Positions 12,701-37,041 of a stretch of 64,000 nt of DNA are shown piece after piece. This DNA comes from Trichoplax sp. H2 (Eukaryota). The notes beneath the pieces were generated by a model. The model searched no databases and was not told where the DNA came from. It saw only the letters and a list, made by a program, of their open reading frames with translations. The number at the start of each line of letters is the position of its first letter. Position 1 is the stretch's first letter. Where the stretch lies: NCBI GenBank assembly GCA_003344405.1, contig NOWV01000025.1:558001-622000 (forward strand). The letters run 5' to 3'. Both the position numbers and the translations under genes were made by a program.

Positions 12701-15036
12701 GGGAAATTTATATTCATATCCTTATTGTACTCAGTTATAATTAATAAAACTGTTACATTTTCATGATAACGTAACCTTTTTATCTTTATATAAGCGCTAT
12801 CTAAAGTGTCTTTTTGTCAATTTTAATAATTTGCAAGATATTTTCCTGAAATATCGACTTGTGCTGTTTTTTATGGCAAATATAATCAAGATGATTTAAT
12901 AGCATTGATAATATAATGCTGCACTCTCTATTAATATGGCTAGTCTAGAAACAACAAGAGAATGAGTCGCTTGGCCTACAGTAGTTAATTGTGGGTGTTT
13001 GTATGCTACTCTGCTGTGATAGCAGTATAAATTCGTTACCTTTGAAAACGTAACAAGCTTTTGTCTTGTTTCTACAGTATAGTACCCGCGAATTTTATGG
13101 AAAAAATGCCAATTACAGCACAACACACAATTTAATGATCACAGCTTAAATCAAGTAGTTGTCATCTGTATCGGTTACGATCAAAATATTTCAAGTTTAG
13201 CAGTCTCACTTTCTGACTTTACTATTTCTCAAGGTGTGATCTAATAGCTACATTATTGCTTCCATTCGATAGCAAATATCGCATATAGCTATGATTTTTT
13301 CCACTCTAATTGAGTTCACAAAATTAGCAAATGTAATGAAAATAAGTAATCTTTCTACTATTACTTTTGCAATTATAATGTAAGCGACAACCAATAATAT
13401 AGTTACTATCATAAAGAGTGTAATCATTGTTAGTCAAAACGCATACTGTAGATTTTTTATTCATTTTAATTGCTATTAATTCATAGCATTTAGGATATTT
13501 TTATTGTCTGTTTACTGATTGAAATGGTACCGTGAAGAATCCATTGTTAGAAGTCTTTCATATAGAGGAAATGCAACAAAAGTCCAATATCCAATCTTCG
13601 TATAAAGTCGACACATTTAGAAAGACGTCATAACTTTTTTGTTTTACAGCTACTATTTTACGTCATTGATATATTGATTGACTACTTATAGAAGGTGCGG
13701 TTACGTCTTTTTGCGTCATTTAATTCTCTTCTTCGCTGTATCAAGATGGTCAATATGCTAGAATAAACAGATTGGCTAAATGTAAGTAAACGCTATTACA
13801 CACGTATCAAGTAAAGTAAGGAATGTGTTTATCGTAATACTACTTTATCATGTTAGTTTATCATAGTCTTATCAAATAAAGTATGTAGTCCGTATTTTAG
13901 TATTGTGCCATACTATTTCCAGCATATCTATATCACAGTGCAATCGTATGCAAACGTGTGTTGTCGTTGTTACCGTCGTCTGATCATTGCGGGATATCTT
14001 CCACAGTTATCGATTTAATAAATTATCTTAAACTAACGGACATTGTCCATTTTTGCGAGCTACTATAAACTACAGTTAAGTTTGCCTTAACTCTGTTGTA
14101 GATCATCAGTAGGTAAGCCGCTCATTTGGAAGGGATCGGCTAACTTCGTAACAGCTCTCTAATAATTTTAAAATGTTAGTTAATTTAAGGTATAATCTTA
14201 TGTTGTGATAAAATACGATTACCTGCTAGGTATTGTAATAGCTGTCAGTGATATCGACAAGGGTGGCTTTCTTATGTCGCTAATTAGCCAGATAAAATTA
14301 TGATTATTGATTCACTCATTTGATGCTATATAGATATAGTAGATATGTTGTGGCAATATACGGTAGTATTACAAATTTTGACTTATGGTAAAGCATTTAA
14401 GAATACACTAGTAAAGTTACTATACTGCATTGCATGATAGAATCTTGCTTTATTTAATAATAATAATTTACCTCTTTTCTTATCGTAATCAATATACACG
14501 TCAATGCGGCAACTTTAAGTAGACACTATATAATGCTAAAATGTTAATAACTCTTTTCTAGATTGGGTGGATTACGGTCTGTAGTTTGATTGATTGGTCT
14601 TATTTTCGCGGTGTACAATTCTACCATCAAATACCATGATCGGTAAGAATCTATTTCAATATCGAATGATTTATTTGTTCACGTATTGGTGAAGGTTAAT
14701 TTTATTATTGAATAAACCTACGTACTGTACTATAGTGTTTTTTTTTTTTTACGATACTGTAACGAATCTTGTCTATTTAAATTCATTCCACTCAAGATGA
14801 AGTTTGAATGCATTTCCATAACTGACTTAACGTAGGATCTACTTATAGCTTAGTCGCGTGTCAGGGATCAGATTGAAGATTACTATTTGAATCGTTACAC
14901 TAACGATATTGCAACAGTTCACTTGGGGAAAAGGGTAAAGGACAATTTATACATATGGGCCATAAATCTTTATAATTTTTTTTGGAAAAGTACACACTGT
15001 ATCGTAACAAATAAATAAACAAATAGCAACATAATA

Positions 15037-15078
15037 AAGCCCACTAGAGACCCTTAGAGAAGGGTCTCTAAAGCCCAG
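15037..15078. mobile_element. Minimal 26-bp TIR-only insertion (hAT-like remnant) with an 8-bp target-site duplication
   Basis: AAGCCCAC [TAGAGACCCTT agag AAGGGTCTCTA] AAGCCCAG: a perfect 11-bp inverted repeat flanked by direct repeats matching at 7 of 8 bases. Confidence 0.55.
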
Positions 15079-16349
15079 CCTTGATTGATTGGCTATGGAA
15101 TGATCGCAGATTATGGTACTTGTTTGCATAGTACGCGTATATGGGTATGCACTGCATATACTTGTGCAGGGACTGTTGTAAGTTTAGTGGCGGTAATCGA
15201 ATGGAAAAAAGTCAATGATGGTGCACAAAATAGTATTAACAGAGTAAAATTTCAATGGTTATCTGTATTCATTTTGTGCGCTATTTTATGGTGTCGCTAG
15301 GTATCAGTGCAGTGGAGAAGTGCAAGTTTTGAATTAACCTATGAATTGAACTGATTACCGTAGTGGATGTTTTGGGAAATTTCAATTCGTTTCCAATGCT
15401 GTCATAGCTGCTGCACTAGTCTAATACAGTATTATGACTGGCATGCACTATACGATACTATATTGTACCCATTTGGTAAGCTTATCCATTAGAAAATCAT
15501 AACGCTCACGGTGACCATATTATAGGAATACTATCCTTACTGTGTAATCCATTTCCAGCGAAATAAGTGCAAGCAATGACAGCCATGACAGATTGATAAC
15601 ATACGTCATTTGTTTGAGAAGCTTGACCAATCGTATGCCTACACAAGATTTGCATTATCAATTATTCCGAGACACTACTGCAATGTTTAATTCATTTTTG
15701 ATCTACTGTCCATACAGTCTAACACAGATCATTATACGCATATGTACACATTTTGTAGTAGAAGTGGCGTTTGAAAGTTACGATCGGATCTGTAGCAATC
15801 CTTCCTTGAGGAAGAGGTTGTGAGACTGCATACTGTAAACAGACAGCGTATGAGATCTATCCCATCTCCAAATACAGTACTGTAATGTCAGTATTATTGC
15901 GCTACCAATTTATCCATGAAGGTACAATACACGTAGGTAACTGTGGTATGCTCTCCATTTCTCAAAGATACAATCTCTTGCCAAGTTTAGCCAACCTATA
16001 GCACAGCATGTACAATATTGTCCATGTAATCCAATATGGAGTTACGGAATTTTCGCTCATGTTGCTGGTTTGATGCTGTCAACATAGGCGCTGTTCGTTA
16101 ATTAATTAATAAGCGTGTATCCGTTGGTGAGCTAGCTTCTTTCATTCAATTAACGAACCCATCGACTCATTGTACTATAGATAACACAACAGAATATAAG
16201 CGTAGTCACTAAGGGAATCTCGTCTTATTATAGGTCGGAAGAAAAATAAATGATTTTCAATTCAATTTTGAATTAATTAATTTGAAAATGGTCGTCTATT
16301 TTGTTAAGTTCCTGTAGATCTGCATTGCATAGAGTATCAGACTTCGAGA

Positions 16350-16545
16350 ACAGTGCAGTACTGTGCATGACATAAGCTGTAGAGTAGAGTAGAGTACAGT
16401 ACTGTAGACTACAGTGTACAGTATCCAACTCTTGTACTGTACTGTACTGTACTGTACTGTACTGTACTGTAGGTCTTGAGTTTTCTCTTTAGTAGTACTG
16501 TACAGTATTGTAGACTGTATGTACTGTACAGTACAGTACAGTAGT
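16350..16545. repeat. (TACTG)n/(TACAG)n pentamer array upstream of the SIK3-like gene
   Basis: About 7 tandem TACTG units at ~16435-16471, followed by mixed-orientation TACAGTA/TACTGTA units up to 16543. Confidence 0.9.
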
Positions 16546-16915
16546 GCCACAACGCTGGAGCTGTCCGTACGCTCTGTACGTCCGTCATATTGTTCTGTTC
16601 AACCATTTCCAACCACTAATTTACAGTTTTGTATTTTTCTTTCGCCTCCATTTGGATATTACATGTAGTAACGGAAACAAGCAGGCCCTGGAGCCACCGA
16701 TGTCTACAACAACGCACAATGGACAATTTGGCTAAAAACGCCAGTAAAAAACCCATCGTGATAGGTAATTATCGTTTAGAACGAACGATTGGTGTTCAAC
16801 CATTTCCAACCACTAATTTACAGTTTTGTATTTTTCTTTCGCCTCCATTTGGATATTACATGTAGTAACGGAAACAAGCAGGCCCTGGAGCCACCGATGT
16901 CTACAACAACGCACA

Positions 16916-28122
<11,207 letters not shown>

Positions 28123-31100
28123 CCGTTGTACACTGGACTATGAATTATACCTGCATATTTGTAAATAATAGAATATTCCTTAATTTTTATGCTTATTTCA
28201 TGCAGTATAAATTTGTTTTGAAGCATTTATTTTTAATGTATATTATTATATGGGCATCTTATAAGCTGTTGTTTCTGATTTATCCATAGTATTGATTTTT
28301 ATCTTCGTCATGAAGTATACTAATATAATATTACCACGACGTTAGTTTTCTAAATATCGTCGTATTATGTCTATCGCAATTACTACTAATGTTTTGTGGA
28401 TAACCTAAAAGGTTAAGCTCAAATTCGTAGCACGTACGAATTAGCTATCATCGTATTACGTTATTATAATGACTTCATCTTTGCGATAGTAACTGATTTG
28501 ATCTTGCTACAATCTAATTGTCTTTGTCATCGATGTACAGTAGCAATGTTGTTCTACTATGTGGAAAATGTGACCATACTGTAACGGTGCCTGAAGTGAG
28601 ACTGGATATTAATTTAAATTCCACTATTTTAATTTTATATTGTATATCATGTTGTAAATCAAATGTTGTCATTTTTATAGCTATGGAACTCTCCTCGCTG
28701 TCAATTCTTATACCTATGTATTCATAGATTCTTAAATACTGTATATACGTATTAGTCTCTATCTGTCAGTACAGTATCTACAATAGTTGAATATACGTAG
28801 GAAGGCAGCGCTTTGTCTGATTATTTTGTAAATGTACCGCATACATACTTAGTTAAAAGCATTATTTGATAAGCTATTGATGTAAACAGATATATTACGA
28901 AGTAGCAACTCTATCCTGCACTCAGCTGGTAACATGGCAGCATCGATTTTTTTGTAATATAATCATATACGTGCAGTGAATGTGAAATATGTTATCGATG
29001 AATTACTTCTTTTTTCTGATCAAGTGGGTATACAAAACACATCTATATTCGTTTTATAAAATAATCGGTATTAAGTACAGTAGATACTTATCTATATTAT
29101 TCAATACTGCAAAATGATATCAATAAATAATATGTTTATCAAACTAGTAAATTATCACATAAGCACTTATATACTGTGAACGTTTGGCGATCTTTTGTTT
29201 ACGTCATCTTTAATAAGTATTTACATTATGCAATGAATGTAATGATGATTTAGTTTGTGTTTGCAGCTACTACGGTAATTTACTAAATGACTTTCAGACT
29301 TTAGTAAAAACAGTTTAGGAAATGAATATAGTCATGCACATACTGTATATATCGCACAGCAATCGCCATTCATCATATGATTCATATCACTTTCAGTCGA
29401 TATCGAAATCATGAGTTCTTGTAAAGTTATTAAATAGTTGAACAAGTTGAGTTTACTTACTGTAATGTAAGCCTAAATCACTTTGATATACTCGTACCTA
29501 GGTGTGTACGTGAAACAAACTCCTTATTCGGTGCACTCCTGTTTCTTCACATTGTACTACTGTATTAGTATGTCATTATGGCAACATGGATGCATGCAGG
29601 CTACAAGCAAATTAAATTAATCATAACGTAGATCACCTCGAGCTAATTAAGTTCAGTTATACCGTTAGTCGTAGCCGGTATACTGTAGTATCAATTACGT
29701 ATTCTGTTTAAGTACCCACCCAAGCACATGGAGAAAGTTAATTATTAGCACTTTAAAAGTTTTAATCCAATTTTTGCGATATTATACTAACCAGCATGAG
29801 TATTTATTGTTAGCATGTAAGCCACAGTACAACATTGTATACGTATATGTTATATCTTTTAGTCCATTGTAGGTTTGTCTATAACTTATGTACTATAGTT
29901 CCAGAGACCGATCGCTACCTCAGACGAAGTAATGGAGGGACTTTCTGTGCAATCCCGTGTACAAGAGGTAGCTGCCAGAACTTGTGGATTGTTAGAATGC
30001 AATCCACTTACACTACAAAATATCTCCTCGCTTCGATGTTCTACAATAAGGTAGTATTCACCAATTCCTCTAATTAATGAACTTAGCATAAAATCACACC
30101 GTTAGATTCCCATTCCTCTCACCTAAATTTGTCAAAAGTTCGGTTTAGATGAGAGACTTGCAGGTCTCTGGATTTCACAATCGGTAGGTAGTATGTCTAC
30201 CATGTAGATTAGAGTGTACTACCGTAGTCTTATTAAAAGGAGGATAGAAGGGATTTATGACATCAATACATAGCGATGTAAATAGGAGAGCTTTGCTACA
30301 AGAAGTTAATAGAAGAGGTTAAGAAACTTGACAGACAACAGTACAAGGTAGCTCACAGCAGAATGCCTAGCGGCAGATGACAGTGGAAGTACCACTGCCG
30401 ACGGTTCAACTCTATGTTTATAAATAGCTATAGTCTAAATACCAGCTCCCTACGCTAGCTACGTCGATGAAGCAATAGTACTTCCTATTAGCGGTGCAAA
30501 ATGCAATTCATGCATCCACTATGAAGTCAGAAATTCGTGTTTGACTAAGCACTACTGTGTAGAGCAGCCTTTCATCATCATTAATTAACGTATCCGTGAG
30601 ACATACTCGAGAAAGTGCTCATTCCCAAAATGCTTATACAACACATTTGTCCAACGATGCAAACTGTCAGATTATATCATAACAATACAGTATTCAAGCA
30701 TTTCTTGGATGCCATTCGTATTAGAAAGCAAATTGAGTATTCACAACAACTCTTGCAAGTAATATTAGCTTAATACTAGCCAAAATGGCCAATTACATGC
30801 TTATAAATCTATGATTTAATTAATTCATTAATTGATCAATGTAAACAATCGGATGCCGATTTGCTCCACGAGCCTGAGAATACTCTACTGTGCCATGTAC
30901 TACTGTAGAGTTGATAGAGAAGCAATCTTTTTTTTTGTAGTATGCTATACTGGTGTAAGTGCTGTAGTGCTGTTTGAGCGAAGCAGACATCCACAGCACT
31001 TTACTTGCTACAGTATAGTCATTTTACTCCTAACCGCACAGTAAGGTGCCTACGATATGGGAAACGATGAGAAAATCGCCCAACCAGATTTTCTTCGACT

Positions 31101-31421
31101 ACAAGACATTGGCAACAACATTGGTCGCAATAACAGCTAAAATCTCTTAAAAGCAACAAAATCTGATCCACTACAAGCAATCTTTTGTGCCTTGATGCGA
31201 TATAGTACTGGAGAAGCACTGGCAAGTTTCTCGGGACGACGTGCTTATTGACCATAAACCAATATAATGATTGGAACTGTCTCGCATTTTATGACTTGAT
31301 TATTGCATGGATGCCATGCTACCCAATTTTTCACACTGATGCAAAGAACAGCCAATTTATAAGGTATACAATCAATCACTTGATTCTTTCAACTGATTAA
31401 TGTTGACTCTTGATTATCCTA

Positions 31422-33107
31422 ATGGCTAAGATGGAAGATAGGATTGCTCATGATGGTTTTTCGTTGGATTTATTAAAGCATCAGTTTGAAGCATTAAGGC
31501 AAATGAGATGTAAACAAGAATTATGCGATGTGACCGTGATTGTTAACCACACCCATACCATTTATGCTCATCGGGTACTTTTAGCAGCCTATAGCTCTTA
31601 TTTCTTCGCTATGTTTAATACTGATATGGTAGAAAGTCGATTAGGTGTTCTACACATTGATGATATCCAGCCTAATCTTATGGATCAATTGATCGATCTA
31701 GCTTATGGTATAGACTTACATATTGACGATGATAATGTTGCGGACATGCTATCAGCATGTCATCGATTACAAATTTCAACTGGTATTAATCGATGCTGTG
31801 ATTACTTGATACTATCATTGCATCCATCAAATTGCTTAGGTATATTGAAATTTGCTCGTATTAATCAATGCCAAATTGTTATCGATGCTGCTAGTAAGTA
31901 TTGTTGGCATCATTTTACGGCTATATGTGATGAAGAAGAATTTACTTTGTTGTCATTGGATGAAGTACAAGAGTACTTCAGCAATGATCACCTCCACGTC
32001 AAGGAAGAAGCAGAAGTTTTACGATCCGCTGTTATATGGTTATTGCATGATTGGCAACAACGCCATCCATCGTTATCGGCTGTTATGGATTGTATACGAT
32101 TTTCCTATATAAGTAAGGAAGAGATTGTTTCTATTGCGCGTAAAAATTGCCCTGCGGATATCTTTCAATGCATTGCTGATTACTTAAGTGATAAATCGAA
32201 TCGCAAGAAACGGAAACCTGGACAACGTCATTATTCATCTGCTGTCTTCATTATCGGTAGTACTAGTCTAGCCAATTGCTGTCGACGATATAATATTTGT
32301 AGTCGTACATGGGTTAAGATGCCAAGCTTGGTTGAAAAGAAATTAAACACCTTAGTTGGTGATATAGATGGCAAGTTATATGCCATTAGTAGTACACCTG
32401 CCAGTGATGAGATAACAGAAATAGGCCAAAATTTGGAATGTTATGATCCTAATCAAGAATCATGGACAATAATATCTGCCTTACCCTCTTGTCGATGGCA
32501 ATTTAGTATGGCATGTATTGACGATAGGATCTGTTTTATTGGTGGGTACAATTTTAAAAATGGCTTCTCTCATTTGGCTACTGTCGATTGCTATCATCCT
32601 AAGCTAAATCAGTGGACAAAATTACCTGATCTACCTGAGAAACGACGTGGATGCTGCACTGCTTTCTTACAAGGTATACTTTACGTCATTGGTGGACATG
32701 ATGGTACGCGTATCTTAAGTAGCTGTGAATGCTACGATATGACACAACAATGTTGGCTACATATAAATGATATGAAAGTTCCACGCGAAAGTCATAAAGC
32801 GATTGTTATTAATAAGAAAATCTATGTTATTGGTGGCATCTCTAAAAGTGGTTATACTAAATGTGTTGAATGTTATGATCCAGTGACAAATAGTTGGCAA
32901 TGTTGTGCTAATGCACCTGTGATTTATCCGCGCCAACAAGTAGTTTCTCTCAATAATCGATTATATTTATTAAATAGCGATACAGAATCCCCTGTTTTAT
33001 GCTATAATACGATGGAAGATAAATGGTATAAAAGTCGATGGCCGAAATTTGCTGAGGGTTATAACGGTGGTACCGCTATCTCTTGTGCATCGGTTGATGG
33101 CCTGTAA
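31422..33107 (+). CDS. Kelch-like protein (BTB-BACK-Kelch, putative Cul3 adaptor) with an intronless CDS
   Basis: Single ORF from ATG 31422. BTB (LCDVTVIV..AHRVLLAAYSSYFFAMF), BACK (PSNCLGI..HFTAICDEEEFTLLS..VIWLLHD) and Kelch repeats (LYVIGGHDG..CECYD..W; IYVIGG..VECYDPVTNSW). Confidence 0.93.
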   Translation: MAKMEDRIAHDGFSLDLLKHQFEALRQMRCKQELCDVTVIVNHTHTIYAHRVLLAAYSSYFFAMFNTDMVESRLGVLHIDDIQPNLMDQLIDLAYGIDLHIDDDNVADMLSACHRLQISTGINRCCDYLILSLHPSNCLGILKFARINQCQIVIDAASKYCWHHFTAICDEEEFTLLSLDEVQEYFSNDHLHVKEEAEVLRSAVIWLLHDWQQRHPSLSAVMDCIRFSYISKEEIVSIARKNCPADIFQCIADYLSDKSNRKKRKPGQRHYSSAVFIIGSTSLANCCRRYNICSRTWVKMPSLVEKKLNTLVGDIDGKLYAISSTPASDEITEIGQNLECYDPNQESWTIISALPSCRWQFSMACIDDRICFIGGYNFKNGFSHLATVDCYHPKLNQWTKLPDLPEKRRGCCTAFLQGILYVIGGHDGTRILSSCECYDMTQQCWLHINDMKVPRESHKAIVINKKIYVIGGISKSGYTKCVECYDPVTNSWQCCANAPVIYPRQQVVSLNNRLYLLNSDTESPVLCYNTMEDKWYKSRWPKFAEGYNGGTAISCASVDGL

Positions 33108-34998
33108 TTAAATTACTACCGTATGGAATCCACGACTGATTTATTATGATATTTAATTCATAGAAATATCCCTTTCTTTGGTGGAAAAATGATTTATCAA
33201 ACAAATATTCAATTTTTCATGCTAATATCATTAAAGAAACTCCTTTTTTGGTATCGATTTTTAGTGCGTATAATAATAACTGTTAAACTGAGTTTCTGTG
33301 CTGCACTGATGTATCGGATGACGATAGGCTCAAGAAACAATCGCTCACCTACTTTGTAGGCGCATATCAATACTTAACTCCAAGGTGTTACTTTACAGCT
33401 ATTCTTATTTAGCCAAGAGTAATGCAATACAGAAATTGATTATTATTACTGCTAGTGTACAGAGCTATAATATGTGATATAACTTAAATATTACTTGGCC
33501 ATCACTGTGATGGTCGAACACATTAGACATAAAACTGATCGAATGAAGTTATTACTTTTACAGAAAGTGATTAAGATATTGCAGTTATTTTTCTATATCT
33601 TAAATTACAATATCACTGTATAATCTATTTTTAGCACTGGTTGCTTTAAAAAATTGCCGCTATTAAGTACACTGTTGTCAATACGAAGTTGATTTTTTTG
33701 GCGTATGCATTGATATGAGACTTTTACCTGTTTAGCATTAAAACTTAAATTCGAACCTGAAAGAAAGTATAAGTATAGTAAATTTTACTGTAGTATAGGA
33801 TTTAGCAAAACGCTAGTTGATAGTACGGCCGTAGAGATAGAGTTGTACATTTTATACATATAGAAAATGAGTATTATTGGATGCAGAAACGCTACGTCGT
33901 TTACCATTTGCTTGATAACTTTTATCACTGTTAAGAAATTCAAGATCGCTCTAATTGTAAACGGTTGCTATATAAAGTCTATAATGTATTTTATATCTGC
34001 GCGATGTATACAGTAGTACTGAATGTTATAATGTCCTTATTTGAAATTACCAGCATATTCATGTTGCTTCAGAGTTTAAAGATCATGCTGATACTAATTG
34101 TCAAGTACAGATTTTTGATAGCGTTAATGTCATTAAGCATTATCTCTGCGCTTTGTGAAATCAAGTTGAAATGGAGTCGAGATATCTTGTCTATGCCTTG
34201 AATTTACTTAATATAAATAGACACTGGATACTGATAAATATTCTGTTATAATTTACGACGCATATACTTTATTAGTAATCAGAAATTAGTACTGTAAATA
34301 CAATAAAATTTCGATATTGGGTTGAGCTTAATTGAGAGATTTGAAGCCATCGTAGTCTTCCCTGATCTTAGCGTTGAATAGCGATTCTTGGAATATCATA
34401 AAAGGTATATAGTAAATAAACGTATAAATCATATTTCAGCATTTATCCATAATTTCATTTCTAGCAGATTAATAAATAGTACAAGTTATGAAAAAGTTTG
34501 ATATTCTCCAATTGATCTCCAACTCCTGGCGCTGTCACGGAATGATCATAAATGTGTTCATTTAAAGATTATATTAAGAAAATTGTAAAGTATACAAATA
34601 GCAAATGTCCCCGACAGTACATAAAGCAGTGATGTAATAATTATATTTGTCTCATGGGTTACGATTGGTAATTCGATTATTTTAATAGCATAATTAAATA
34701 CTACGAGTACTGAAATAGTTTGACTTTATAATTTACATTTGAAACTATCTGACTTAAAAATTAACTCTTCCAAGGAAAAATTACAATAACAACTGTCAAC
34801 GGACTATTTGCAGAAGATATATCGTTTAGTTGCCCATACACTGTGTAAAAATAGTCTTCTTGACAACACGTAAAGTGACCTACAGCAGTCAACAATAATA
34901 CTATATGTCTGAATGACTATTATTTTGCTCTGTACAGCTAATATAGCATACCTTTCCGAACTATAAACATTTATAAATCAATAATTGTAGTCGGAATT

Positions 34999-37041
34999 TT
35001 ATTCCTCTGCGTTTTGAGGATTACACTGTTTCTCTAAATTTTCAGATAATTTCTTGTAATAATGATTAACTGTTAGTTGCTGAGCTTCGCATAACTTGAT
35101 ATGTGATCGCTTAGTCTTCAAAAATTGCAGAGCATGGAATGGATCGTAGCGATAGTGCTGGAATTGGTGAAGAATATTAATTAATGATGCAAATAACAAT
35201 CAATATTGTGTTAAGTTCAGTATAATAGTAAGAAATAACCTACCTTCATGATGTAGCACAAGACAACTGTAGCACTTCTGCCACGTCCAGCTTTGCAATG
35301 GACATACACTGAACAGCCATCTTTGTTAACATCATCAATGAAATTTATTGCCTCCTCTACTCGCTCTACACTAGGTGATTGGTAAAAGTCGACGGTACTT
35401 AGTCGGAGCTGCTTTACACCAAGCGCACCCCATTCCTGTAATAATAAAATAAAAATAAACAGTGTAAGGTTAATGCGTGATACTTACGCCTATATTCCTG
35501 CGATATGACAAACAAATTTCTAGACTATGTATTGTATACGCGTACAGCTGACTTATCCATTAAATACAATTCAACAAATCACCAAGTTGCTCAACTGTCA
35601 GTATCTATAAGGACTAATATACTAATGTCATGGCCAATAGCGGTAAGACGTCATATTCAAGCATAAATGAAGATAACTGCAGTGTATCTTTCTAGGCTAG
35701 ATATAAACGTATCTAGCTGATTGATTAAATATAATTCAATAAATCATCTTAGTTGCTCAGCTGTTGGTTTTTATAAGAGCTAATATAATAATATCGTGGT
35801 TGATAGTGGTTAGATATGATACCGAAGCATAAATGAAGATAATTATATCTTTTTAGGGTAGGTGTGAGTGTATCTAGTTGATTTATTGAACGCAATTCAT
35901 TCAATCATCAAGTTGCTCAACTGTCAGTACTGTACTTACGAGTATAAGAAACTAATATACTAATGTTGTGAATGGCAGTAGTTCCATGCATCGTGAAGCT
36001 TAAGTTAAGATAATCAATGTAATTTAAAATTATGATCAAAATTGAATATACTAAGTAACTGAGTTTACAAAAGGCTATCCCAGTTGATAATTAATTTCAG
36101 CTTGATTGAATTATCAGAAAAATAAGGCTGTCATCAATTCAACAGTTTTTGTACTACTTGTATCTATACAGTATTTAGTGCAAGCCAGGCTTATATAGTG
36201 AAAGGACAGATCAAATCATGATTAAATAACTTCATTTCCAATATTTGAATGCTATGCTTCATGTTTATTCTCTTTCGGTAAATGTTGTATCGATTGAACA
36301 CTTATCATTCTACCTATTGCATTCAGTATGAAAATTATGTAGGTACAATGCGAAATTTTAACAGAAGCCAACTTTTTAACCGTCCAATCTTATGACATGA
36401 TTTCTGATGTCTCTTAAATGGCTATTACTGCCGTAGATATACAGCAAGCTAACACAAGTTTTGCAATAAAAACATCGAAAGCGTGGAGATTTACTCAACA
36501 GAGAGACAACATATCAGGTCCGAATTTTACCTGTTGATTAGGAGATACGAAGCGGGTTTCGTAATTCTCATTCATGGTAACCACACCTCGTACATTTTCT
36601 TGCTTTACCAACTGTAATTACGATCAATTTATCAATGAAACAGCAAGTACACTTACTCTTTGCCTTAGGATACGATTTACACGAGTAGAATTGGACACGT
36701 TAAAGGTGAAAGTAATGCATGTAGGTCCATAGCTATTTATACAACTTCGAATATCAACTTAGGAATAATCGTCCATCATCATCTATAACATCACTAGTGA
36801 ATCCAACAGTAAAACTTTTATTCTAAGCTACTACTATCATTTCCAATCATTCTTCATGATAAATAAAGTTTTAGTTATACCGATTAAAGTTGCAAACCTC
36901 ATTAGCATGACTGCGGAAAGGAAGTGCACCAATTAAGATATTTTCATCTACCCGATCATACCATCGTCTTGCATCACTTTTACGCGCAACATTCCAGATT
37001 AGCGTTGGATAGTAAAATAATCTTGCTTTCAACGGCTCCAT
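34999..37041 (-). CDS. PTPMT1: Mitochondrial phosphatidylglycerophosphatase / protein-tyrosine phosphatase 1, 4 exons
   Basis: MEPLKARLFYYPTLIWN..RRWYDRVDENILIGALPF (37041-36898) | LVKQENVRGVVTMNENYET (~36612-36531) | EWGALGVKQLRLSTVD..VYVHCKAGRGRSAT (~35436-35245) | HYRYDP..AEE* (~35157-34999). CX5R loop of the PTPMT1 type. Confidence 0.94.
35540..35990. repeat. Degenerate ~165-bp tandem repeat (~2.5 copies) in PTPMT1 intron 2
   Basis: agttgctca[a/g]ctgt recurs at ~35585, 35750 and 35911. aagcataaatgaagataa recurs at ~35659 and 35825. actaatatactaatgt occurs twice. Confidence 0.75.

Noticed and set aside
16296..16612. ORFs rich in YSTVQ/CTVLY (also 43618-44744)
   Set aside because: These are translations of the TACAG/TACTG repeats, not proteins.
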